The position numbers and the translations under genes are program-made. Under the pieces are notes generated by a model, which saw nothing but the letters and a program-made list of their open reading frames with translations, searched no databases and was not told where the DNA came from. From contig NC_027218.1 in assembly GCF_000981445.1 (NCBI RefSeq), forward strand, positions 1,798,001 to 1,862,000: a DNA stretch of 64,000 nt, read 5' to 3'. Position 1 is the stretch's first letter. Each line of letters starts with the position of its first letter. This DNA comes from Babesia bigemina. Its lineage: Eukaryota. Of this stretch, positions 11,554 through 22,100 are shown in pieces.

Positions 11554-12337
11554 TGGGCTACTTCGTCCACCGTTTCTCCGTGAGGCCAAAGGAGATACCC
11601 TTTCACAACGTTGATTGAATATATGTTGACGTCTACGTCCCCTTCATCCTGCCTTCAGCTCATTGGCATTGAAATGCTACTCACTCCGCCTTCATAGCAA
11701 CGGCAGATAATTCTTTAGACGGATGTTGCATAATTGCCGCTTTGCATGATGGATCGCATGTGGAAGGCCTCGACGTACACTTATGAAGTGTACTCTTTAG
11801 ACTGAGTGGTCGGTCATTCGGATAGCGTCATATGGCGTCGTCATCAGTGCTGTGGATACCTCATGTTATATGTGATAGGATCCCGCGTCAGTGATTGGGT
11901 GCGTGTTTGCAGAATGTGTACTCGTGCTCATGGGCGGCACGCCCCGTTATGCGATCTGTCGTAATTACAACAGCCTGCGTAGTCACGGGTCATTTATACG
12001 CGAAATTCTGGCCCTCATTTCCATGGCAGCACCGCAATTTGGTCCAGATGGGCACTCGGTAGTCCGCACATAGCGTGGCACACATAGGTGGGAAGGTGGA
12101 GTGGCTTAGGATGGCTAACGCTGGAACTGTTTTCCAGCTGTCACACACTTTCATATCATGTTGTATTCGCCACTTTAGAAATGTGCGCAATCAATGCACA
12201 TTGTAACAGTGGAATCCCATGGTACGCTGGCGTTGCGCACCCATAACTTATGCCTTTTAAACAGCCGACGGATGGCGCGCTAGAGGTGTGCGTGTCTCAG
12301 TTGTATCTTTCTAGAAAACTAAAATGTGAGATGCGAG

Positions 12338-12766
12338 ATGACAAACCATTATAGCGTCTCACGTTCGGTTAGCACGAGCGACCCGTGGTACCGGATTTGT
12401 ATGTGTAGGTATGAAGACGGAAAAAAATGTGACGACTTTTGTACGGGTTGTGGAGACGATGAGGGTAATAGAGATAGATCTGGCTGTATGTGTGTATGCT
12501 GTTGGCCTATCCGATTCAAATATTATGGACGCATAGCTGCAGTTGCAGTCGGGGTTGTGGTCATCGTGAGCATAATAACATGCTTGATCATGTTTCGTGT
12601 ATGGCCACTACACAATGTTCGTGACCGCATCTCAGATAAAATCTGGGGTCGCAGGAAATTTAGATTCATTCCCAGGTCAGAGTTGGACGCTCCGAAAATT
12701 ACTCATATCACCGAGGAGATGGACATCGATCCCTACTCTTTCTTCCCGTCCAAGGATCTCTTGTAA
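12338..12766 (+). CDS. Hypothetical single-pass membrane protein with Cys-rich N-terminus
   Basis: Hydrophobic stretch IAAVAVGVVVIVSIITCLIMF preceded by CMCVCCW. Start uncertain (12338 or 12401). Confidence 0.6.
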   Translation: MTNHYSVSRSVSTSDPWYRICMCRYEDGKKCDDFCTGCGDDEGNRDRSGCMCVCCWPIRFKYYGRIAAVAVGVVVIVSIITCLIMFRVWPLHNVRDRISDKIWGRRKFRFIPRSELDAPKITHITEEMDIDPYSFFPSKDLL

Positions 12767-12953
12767 AGTAATGGGACACTTGGGCATGTTCTATCGCAAT
12801 AATTGTCATTCATACGTCGTTTTCTCGTGTATGCACGGAAAGCATCACTGTGCGAACGAACTACACTTTAAAGTAGCACATAGGTTTACGCAGTCGCCGA
12901 TTCGCTTCATAGAAATGCTGCATCACGTTAAACTGCATTCGTTTTTGGAGGGT

Positions 12954-14556
12954 CTATGTGCGCGCAATAGTCTGGCTACTTTTGCGCTTTGCGCGGCACT
13001 GCTCGGCCACATGCACCAACTCCTCGACTCGGCGGAGATCTTCTGGCGAGTAATGCGTCGCCGCATGGTCGTACAACATTTCACCCACACGGGCACATAG
13101 GTCTGACACCTGCGCTATTCGCTGCTGTTCCTCGGTGCCTTTGTTGGCGAGCTCCCTGGTGACCGAGGCCTCGTACCTCCTGAGGAAATAGCACACCCCG
13201 TGAGCCAGGTATTTCGCCGGCATCACTTCCATGCTCCTGAGCGTCTCTTGCCATCTTTGGGCGAATTTGATCGCAAATTGGTCGTTCGACCACGACCTCA
13301 GCCTATTGCACGCCGCGGCCAGCCGTGCTAGTTCACGATCCTTGAGGCAATCCAGGTGTTCCTCGAGGTATTCGAACACCCACTCCACGAAAGCCTTCTC
13401 GGCGCGTGCAACGTCCCGTTTGACGCGCCGTTTCTCGACGGTGTCCGCGGCGAAGTCCGGCGGTGGTAGCAGGTCCAGCGTGTATATGGCGTCGTCGATA
13501 CCTGTAGTGCTATGTCGACCATAGAACGAGCTTTCACGTACCATTCAGAGACGTCGGTATGGCCTCCTTAAGCCTACTGAGTGTTGCGATGATGAGTGAC
13601 GGCGCCTCGACCTTGGAGGCGTAGACCGCCCGCAGGATGCATGATAGATCCCTGGTTTGGAAGGCAAACATGTCAAGCTGGCGCATCATGCGCTCAGCAT
13701 ACGACAACACCTGGGCCTGTGTCGCCTTCAATTTCTGCGATGATTGGCGGTCAATCAAATCGATGCCATTGGGGGTGTTGCAGGCACCGGTGGCATCGGC
13801 ACTGCGATAGCGGTTGGCCGCCAGCAGCCCAGTTATGGAGAGGGCGCAGCCCGCCGCATCCTGCGGTGAGAACTGCGCGTCGAGACGCTTGACAGCTTCT
13901 GCGACTCCAGCCCAGAAACTCCCGGGAACGTATTGTAACGCCCTTGGGTGGCGTGCGAAGGCGTTGAGCGTCAGCGCTATCGCCTTTGGGTGCGATCGTT
14001 GAAACTTGAAATCCGAAGTCAGCGCCTTGATCGTGTCGGGAAGCGTTACACTCTGCAAGGACATGTGATGCTTCGCTTCACCGCAAACAAGCATACACCG
14101 TCAACAGCGATTAGCGTGATGCGATGCCAGACGCAGTCCCATCGTATGACGCCACAAAAACACGCAACAGCTACAACCAGCACGGCATGAGCACTTCAAT
14201 ACGACCGAATGCAAGTATTGGATTTTGCAGGGACCACTTACTAGTTTGGCCAACGACAGCAGCAGCGTCGCTGCTGTTTGCGGCTCCAGGTGGCTGCTGG
14301 CGCTGACGGCCGAGGCTCCAATCTGCCAGAGCTCGTCGCGCAGCCGCTGCGGCAGGGCTCCGCGGGAGTTCCTCGCGACATGCGCCGCTCTGTTTCTCAG
14401 CACGTAGGCAAGTACGCTAGGGTGGAAGTGATCGCTGCATCGCGTTTCAAAGTTCGTAACAATGCCGCAGGGCGACGCGTTCGGTACCCGCATCTGTTTT
14501 TGCCACTCGTTCGACCGCGGTATGCTGTGTCTATGGGTGTGTCTGCACCGATGCAC
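12954..14556 (-). CDS. Helical-repeat (HPR/OPR-like) hypothetical protein, multi-exon
   Basis: Repeats such as PQTAATLLLSLAKL, PKAIALTLNAFAR, SPQDAAGCALSIT, TRDLSCILRAVY and DRELARLAAACNRL. A 40-nt GT-AG intron at 13502-13541 joins two ORFs. 5' exons and start uncertain. Confidence 0.55.
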
Positions 14557-15034
14557 GCTCCCCGGGGGGCAGCGGCACGGCGGCGGTGACGGAAGCGCTG
14601 CTGCCGCCTTCCGGCATTCGCTCGCTAATATATTCCGCAGCTTTCGCGGCTCGCTCGGTTGCGTGTGGGTCTATATGTGTATGTGTGCCTGTGTTGTCAT
14701 GCGCCGTCTCTCGCGCGGGCCCCCCTGAGCTGGGTGCGCAACGCTTCCGTAACGCCTATCCTCAGTCGTCGTCGCCCCAGCCTACAGAACAGCGTCGGCA
14801 GTTGGCACTTGGTTTCGGAATTTGGCTCCTTCAGCCCCGTTTGCCGCATAGGCTGTGTGTACCCGTGTCGCGGGCCTCCGCGGACGTGGTTGTCAGCGGA
14901 GCAGGAGCGCGAAACGTCGAAGCCACATCAGGCTTACCATTAGACGCAGCGTAGTCGCAGTTGGCTCCAGAGCCGCTTGCGTGGCGCGTTTGCGTGCTCT
15001 ACCCGGTCGGTTTCCACACACTTCTCGGCAGAAC

Positions 15035-15793
15035 ATGAGTTCCAAGAAGAGCTACAAGACAGTCCTGCTGGGTGATGCCTCCGTGGGCAAATCCAGCTTC
15101 GCCGTGCGCCTGACGCGTGGCGAGTTCTCGGACAGCACGAACTCCACCATCGGCGCGGCGTTCTTCACGCACACGGTCCGCTGCAGCGTGCCTGCTGCAG
15201 CAGGCGCCGCAGACAGCGCCGCGGCGCCGCGCGACCGTGCATCGCAACCGGGCCGTGACCAGGCCTCCGGGCGGGGCGTGCCCGGCGCTTCATCGTATTC
15301 GCCCGACGATGCCCCGGCGGGGCAGGTCAGCGTGAAGTTCGACATCTGGGACACCGCGGGCCAGGAGCGCTTCAAGAGTATCGCACCCATCTACTACCGC
15401 GGCGCGGCGTGCGCCATCGTAATCCTGGACGTCTCCTCATCGCAGAGTCTGCAGCATGCTGCTTCGTGGGTGAACCAGCTGCGCGTCGCGAACTCCAACG
15501 AGACCATCGTGGTGCTGGTGGCCAACAAGGTGGACCTGCTGGGCGCCAACGAGGAGCACGCGCGCACGCTGGAGAACGCGCGCTCCTACGCGCAGGAGCA
15601 GGCGCTGCTCTTCGTCGAGACCAGCGCCAAGACCGGGCAGAACATCTCGGCGGTGTTCGAGATGCTGGCCCAGGAGATCCTGCGCAACCCCAAGCGCTTC
15701 GAGCACCCCTCCGCTTCGAAGGCCTCGAGGGCGCTGAATGTGAACGAGTCGAGTTCGCGTATGATAAAATTGAACTGCTGTGACAGCGCGTGA
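15035..15793 (+). CDS. RAB5A: Rab5A small GTPase
   Basis: YKTVLLGDASVGKSS, STIGAAF, FDIWDTAGQERF, YYRGA, NKVDL, ETSAKTG and C-terminal CC prenylation motif. Carries an insertion before KFDIWD, as in apicomplexan Rab5A. Confidence 0.92.
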   Translation: MSSKKSYKTVLLGDASVGKSSFAVRLTRGEFSDSTNSTIGAAFFTHTVRCSVPAAAGAADSAAAPRDRASQPGRDQASGRGVPGASSYSPDDAPAGQVSVKFDIWDTAGQERFKSIAPIYYRGAACAIVILDVSSSQSLQHAASWVNQLRVANSNETIVVLVANKVDLLGANEEHARTLENARSYAQEQALLFVETSAKTGQNISAVFEMLAQEILRNPKRFEHPSASKASRALNVNESSSRMIKLNCCDSA

Positions 15794-15815
15794 TAATGTT
15801 GCATTCCCCCGTACT

Positions 15816-18274
15816 CTACACCTCGTCGCTATGGCGCGACCTGAACTCCGGCCGGCCGTACCTCTCCTCGTCGTGATGGAACTCGCGCCGGATCCGCTCG
15901 ATCTCCTGCGCGGCCTCACGCCGGATCCTGGCGCGGGCGCGGCCCTCCGAGATCTTGCCGAAGACCACGCGCGCCAGCGGGATGAACACCGGCAGCAGCG
16001 CGAGGAAGCTGAGCCCCGTGATGCCCAGCACGAACCAAGTGTAGTACTTGTTGAAGGCGTGTCTCATGCACTTTCCGAAATTGCGGAAGAAGCAGCCCAC
16101 CTCGCCCGCGTTGCAGGTGCACATGTTGTCCGACAGCATGGCACCGATCTTCAGCGCGTGGTCCTCCTTGGACGTGTCGGTGAATTTGTCGAACGAGCGG
16201 ACGTCCGGGCCCACGGTGATGGTGGGCGTGGCGAGCGACGCCTTGACCACGAACGTTTCGAGCAGGCTGACCGTCGATGAGTACAACTGCACCTCGCACT
16301 CCAGCTTGTCCGAGCCCTCGCCGGAGAGGATCTTGATCGGCACCACCGACGACGTCGTGCTGTTCGGCTCCACCTGCACGCTCTGCTCCTCCGAAGAGGC
16401 CGCGGGGCTCGTGTGAGGCTTCTCGGCCTCGTAGCACTGGATGCGGTGGCTGAACTTGGCGCGTATCTTCCCGGCGTTCTTGGTCACGATCTTCATCGTG
16501 CACGCCTCGTGGCTCGCCACCTTGCACGGCCCGTCCATGGTGGCGCTCACGATGAACCCCACCGCCTCCGCGATGATCTGGGTGACGGTGGCGTCGAAGG
16601 TGTTGATTTCGATTCGCGACGTGTCCGCCTTCGCTATGGAGTACGCGACGGCGTGCACGTAGGTGTCGTCGTGCCACTCGTCGGGTTCTTGGTCTTCGTC
16701 TTCGTCTTCGTCTTCCTCACCTTCGTCTTCAGCGCCGTAAGTCGCGGGGCCCCTCCAAGCGCTCTTGGCCGTGGGGCTGCGGGATTCCTCGGCCAAGTCC
16801 TCCGGCTCCTCCATGGCGGCCGCCTGCTTCGATTTGCGCACCTCCCTTCGCGCCAGCATCGGCTGGACGCCGTACAGCTTCGGCAGCAGCGCCTGAACAC
16901 CGTGAGGACGTTCGCGCCCTGACCCTACCCGTTCCTTTCGCTCGCTGAGGTACCAGCCCAGCTGGTTCTGGATGCAGCTGTTCGGCGCGGTGTTGCACAG
17001 CCTGCCCTCGTTGCCCCACGTGCCCATCGACACGCCGATCTTGTCGCACTGCGTGCCCGTGGTGTCGATGGCGTCCGACTCGATGGTGCGCACGTTCAGG
17101 GCGCACTTCTCCATGCGGCAGCGGACGTCGTCGTGCTCGCATTCGTGCGGGTCCCGGCCCTCCTGGTCGCAATTGTACTGCGCGCCATGTCCGACACGAC
17201 CCTGCAACCAACCTTCCTCGAGCTCCCCTGCACGGTCTTGTCGGTCTCCGGCCACGAAGGCACGGCGACGAACTTGTCCATCTTCTGCGGCGCGTTACCG
17301 TCGAGCCACTGCTGCGTGATGATCGTCAGCGTGACATCGAGCTCCTCGTTCTTGACCGCTTGCTTCTCGGCGGAGAGGGTGGCCTTGAGGTGCTTGTCCT
17401 TGTAGACGGCTTCCTTGAGGTAACGCGTTTCGTCCGCGTCGTCGCTCGTGTAGTACCCATTCTTCGCAACTGCGCGGATGTGACGCGTGACACGAGCCGC
17501 ACTTACCGTCTGGCACCACGCCGGCGTCTCCGTCGAAGGCGTACACGTCGACGAACACCCTCCGGTGTATGGTCGGCGGGTAGGCGGGCTTGAAAATGGA
17601 GTACCACGGCCCGACGACCTCGAGGCAGCTCATGGACACGCACTTGCCGTGCATGAAGGCGGCCCCGAAGCCGGTGCAGGAGAAGTCGGCGCGGGGGGAG
17701 TAGTCCGTGACGTTGACACCACACACGCAGCACGCCTTGTTGTTGAAGCTCTCCTGTATGCTCGGCGGCAGGGCGTCGGGCTTGGAGCAAATCTCCAGCT
17801 CAAGCGCATCGCAGTTGTTGCAGCCGCCCGTCATCGCCGAGTAGTCCACGCTGCGGTTGTGCTCCCGGTACTGGGACGGCACGTCCTGCGACTTTTGTGC
17901 GCGCAAATCGCTCGCTAACCATGATGTACTCCAGCTCGTACGACAGAGTGGTTAACGACGTTTGGATGTGTATGTAGAGCCCGCTGTTGGGCTTGTCCTT
18001 GCGCCTGAGCACGTAGCTCGCTGTTTCCTGCGAAGCGTCCGCATGCGCCAACACTGTCACGCACCTCTCCACCCTTCACGTCGATGTTGGTGTGCGAACG
18101 CCACTCGCAGTCGCCTTCGGCGACGCTGCGGCCGCCCTTGTCGATGCACTGTCTCACGGGGCTGATGATGACGGCCGACGCCGGCCGCACCGCGGCCCCG
18201 ATCAGCAGCGCCAGCAGGCATGCTGCTCCTCGCAGCGGCGACTTGTAGGACCGGTTCAGCACGGCATGCGTCAT
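15816..18274 (-). CDS. HAP2: HAP2/GCS1 gamete fusogen, multi-exon
   Basis: Signal peptide; Cys-rich ectodomain (CCVCG..FMHGKCVSMSCL..WYSIF; CDKIGVSMGTW..CNTAPNSCIQNQL); C-terminal TM (WFVLGITGLSFLALLPVFIPLA) and basic cytoplasmic tail. Confidence 0.88.
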
Positions 18275-19174
18275 ATTGCGGGGAGCGGTGCCAGGTGCGC
18301 GTCTCGTTGAGTCGGCGTACAGCTATTGCGGGCCCATGCGGGGACGGCAACGGGCGAATCAGTTGCGGTCCAGGGATTTTAAATAAACTGCTAACCGCGT
18401 ATTTCGTTTTGTAGCGACTTTTGCGGCTGTCTGATATGTGTCTAGCACGTGTAGTGACGCGGTTGCCACGGCAGCTCTCCGCATTACGTCAGGGGGAGAC
18501 GCCGGTGGTATCTTTCAACCGAACGGTCGCCGGTTTTCGTGGGCGTTGCCTGTGACAACGAGGTTTGCGACACGTTGTGTTGGCCGCGACGGGCGCCTTT
18601 ATAGACGGGTTGTGGAAGCAGCCGCGTATGCACGCCTATTGCGTAACGCTGAGCTGTCCGTGAGTCCAACTTAGCACGGACACGGATCGCCGCGACGGCC
18701 GCCAACGCGATCTGCGGTCTCTTACACATTCGTTCACATCACCTCTAAGACGCCAGATACGCTAGCCGCTCGGCTTGTGGCGCAGTGGTGGCTTGTTTCG
18801 GCACAGCTCCACGGCAGCACCATGGGCGTATCCCGAGTGCGCATTGCGTCGCCGCTGGCCCGCTACAACGGCGGTAATACGATTCTTCTAGTTGGTCAGC
18901 GAGGAATCGGAACCACGTTTGCTAGAGCGGCGCGTGCTGGTCATGAGATCAGTTGGTCCTCGCGGTACCTCGCGCCTTTAATTTGAGGCTGTCGCCTCGG
19001 TGGCACAATAATTCCTTCTACAGGGCTTCCTGGTCACGCTGCGAATTCCTCGGGTTAATTTTAGCCGCCCAGTGCGGCGTGCGTGCGAGGACATGACCCC
19101 GGCGAGTGCCGTGGCTCCAGCGCGCGAGGTGACCTGTCGGCCGCGTATCCAAGCGCGTGATTCCACTTGCGAGG

Positions 19175-22100
19175 ATGGCAAGCGATGGCGCTGCGCAGGA
19201 GACGGACTCTTGCCCCGACCAAACGCCGGTACCGGAGTCCTTCATGGGCACTCTCAGCGCTCCGCCTACCGACTACATCTCCGCCCTGGCACAATATGGC
19301 AGCATCAGCGGCGCATCGGAGTGGTCGCGCGGTGACAAGTATGCCAGCGTCTCCAACGAGCGGCTCTTCTACGACTCCGGCTCGTTCGCCCATCCCAGCT
19401 ACGAGGGGGCGCTCTACCAGGGCTTCGAACCCTCCGCCTGGCTGGTGGAGTCCGAGGTGCTGAACCGCACCCGGCGCTGCTGTCTCACGGGGGAGCCGGT
19501 GTCATTGGCGGCTGACGAGCGCTGCGACGCCTGCCTGGGCCTGCTGATAGGTGACGCCTGTCGCTGCGACGCGTGCGGCGTGGTGGTTCACCCGAATTGC
19601 TACGGCCCCGAGTCGAGGAGCTGGGAATGGTACCTGGGATCATCGCAAAACGCATTTCCGCAGACGCAGGGTGACCTCTTCTCGTATGACCAAGCCACCT
19701 TCACGACTTTGCACTCGCCGTTCGAGTCACCGAGGCGCCGACGTTCTGCTTCATGCGACGCCGATGGACCGTGTGAGTCCGACGAATCCACTGCGCACCT
19801 CAGCGACCGCCCGACGGCATACCGAGATTTCACGTGCGATGTCTGCGCCGCCGCTGATGGAGCAGGCACGCCGCAGTGCGCATTATGCGGCCTGCCTGGA
19901 GGCGCCATGCGTCATTCGCCCGACTGCGACCGGTGGGTCCACTGCAGCTGCGTGGCCTTTGCGCCCGAATCCTCGGGAATCGCGTTCCGCCGTATGCTCC
20001 GCATGCGCGACCCCGTGGGCATCCAAGCGTTCATCGCGCAGATGACCCCCGGCGGCAATGCGTGCGACGCCTGCGGCAAATCGGACGGCTTGGTGGCGCC
20101 CTGTTCGTTCGCAAAATGCAGCAAGTTTGTGCACTCTCGCTGCACGACGTTCCAGGAGGGCTACCGCGGATGCGCCTTCTCCGATCAGGTCTACTACAGG
20201 TTGGACATGGGGGAGCAGTACTTCGACTTCGTGGGGGCCTTCTGCGCCCAGCATTCCAGCTACGACCACGTGGTCATGGGCATACAAATGCAGCTCCGGC
20301 GCCGACAGGTCCTGCGTGAGCAGGGCTCGAGCAGCTATCGCAAGTACCAGGGCGAGGTCGCGGATATCATCCGCATGGCATCGGCAGTGACCGCATCTGC
20401 CCTCCACGACGACGGCGAGGACGAAGCGTCGGAGGCGCTGTCACCGGAGCTGGTGCTGCGCATGAAATCGTTTATCGGCGGACCATGTGAGGGAGGTGAT
20501 GGTGATGACGATGATGATTATGATGATGACGAGGACGAGGACGACGAGGAGGAAGAGGAAGAAGAGGAGAAGTGGGAGGATGATGATTATGGGATAGGGG
20601 AGGAGAATTGGGATGACGGTTATGAGGATTATGACGAGGAATATGAGGAGAATTGGGAGGAGGAATACGAGAATGGTGATGATGAGGAGGAGGATAAGGG
20701 ACAGGAGGAGGAGGAATATGAGGAGAATGAAGATAGAAAGGGCGGAAGTGAAATGGACGAATGCGATTCCGAGCTCCAATGTGAGGAATGGTCATTTGAC
20801 GAGTGGAGGGACTACCTGTTGAGTCCGGCCGCCGATGATGCCGATACGTACGAGGTCGCCGCAATACAGGACGTCGACTGCGACGAAATCGACGTCAATA
20901 TGCCGGTAGATGTAGCGTCGCCGTGCGATGACGTCCCGGTGGTGGACGTGCAGGCGGCTTCCGGCGACGGCGGGTTGGACAGCAGCGGCTCGCAGTTCCG
21001 CAGCCAGCGCATGATGTGGCAGAAATTCGACATCTTCCGGCCACTTCCGTACGGACCCGCCTCCGACGACCTCCTCGCCAACATGGACCAGAACGCCCGC
21101 AAGAAGAGCGTGGCGGAGTACTGGCGCCTGGAGGACAACGTGCTGACGTGCTCCGACTTCCTCGAGCCGCGGGATCTGAGTGAAATGTTCCTGCAGCAGG
21201 TCATGCTCGGGTGCAACGGCGTGATGGATCTGCTGCAATCCCTCAAAGACGACGTCGACCAGGAGCTGCAGTCGTCGGCGAAGGCCAACAACGGGATGCC
21301 TGCCGACGAAAGGCGGTACTCCCGGTTCCACGTGCTCGTCGACACCGGACGCACCGCTGGAGTCCTTATATTCAAGGTGAACAAGTGGCTGCTCGAGGTC
21401 CTGCAGGCCGACGCTGCGCTTACCGAGCGCACGGACAAGTCGGCAATTTCCGCCGCCGGCATAGCCTTGGATGAGGAGGTGCGCCACTTCCTGTCCCACG
21501 TGCAGGGCGAGGTGGCGCGCAACACCTACTCCAACACGTCGTTTTACACGAACTCGGGCGCGCTGAAGGAAATCGACTTCTCTAGCGGAATCGGCGAGTA
21601 CGGCCTGCGCGACGACATCCGCCAGCTCCACCAGACGGTCAACGCGGTTACCAGCGAGAGCGAGCTGTCCCGCATCCGCAGGAAGATGCTCAAAAAGGGC
21701 AAGGGCGACCCCTCCCTCAACAGCATGGAGCTTGAGAAGTTCGTCGTCCTCAGCCCCATGGAAAGCGAGTTGCTGCGGCGCTGCGCCTTCGAGATGAGCC
21801 ACGCCAATGACGCCAACGTGAAGCTCGCGGTGCTCAAAAACACCGTAGACGCGTCCGTGAACACCAGCTGCCTGCAGATGATCGACTGGGCTGCCGTGAT
21901 GGCCAAAATTAAGACGTCTACCCATTTTACCGCCAGCATCAAGGGTAGCTCCAAGGGCTCATCGCGTCCATCGCATTCGGCGAAGGCATCCCGAAATTCA
22001 AACGCTGATAAAGCCGCGAATAGCGAGGCCGCGGCGACTGCGCCGGAGCCATCGACAAGTGGTTCATCAGGTCGCACCTCCGCGGCGGCGGCGGCGGCAG

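Noticed and set aside
13502..13544. Apparent frameshift between ORFs 12954-13544 and 13534-14094
   Set aside because: Explained by a 40-nt GT-AG intron on the minus strand.
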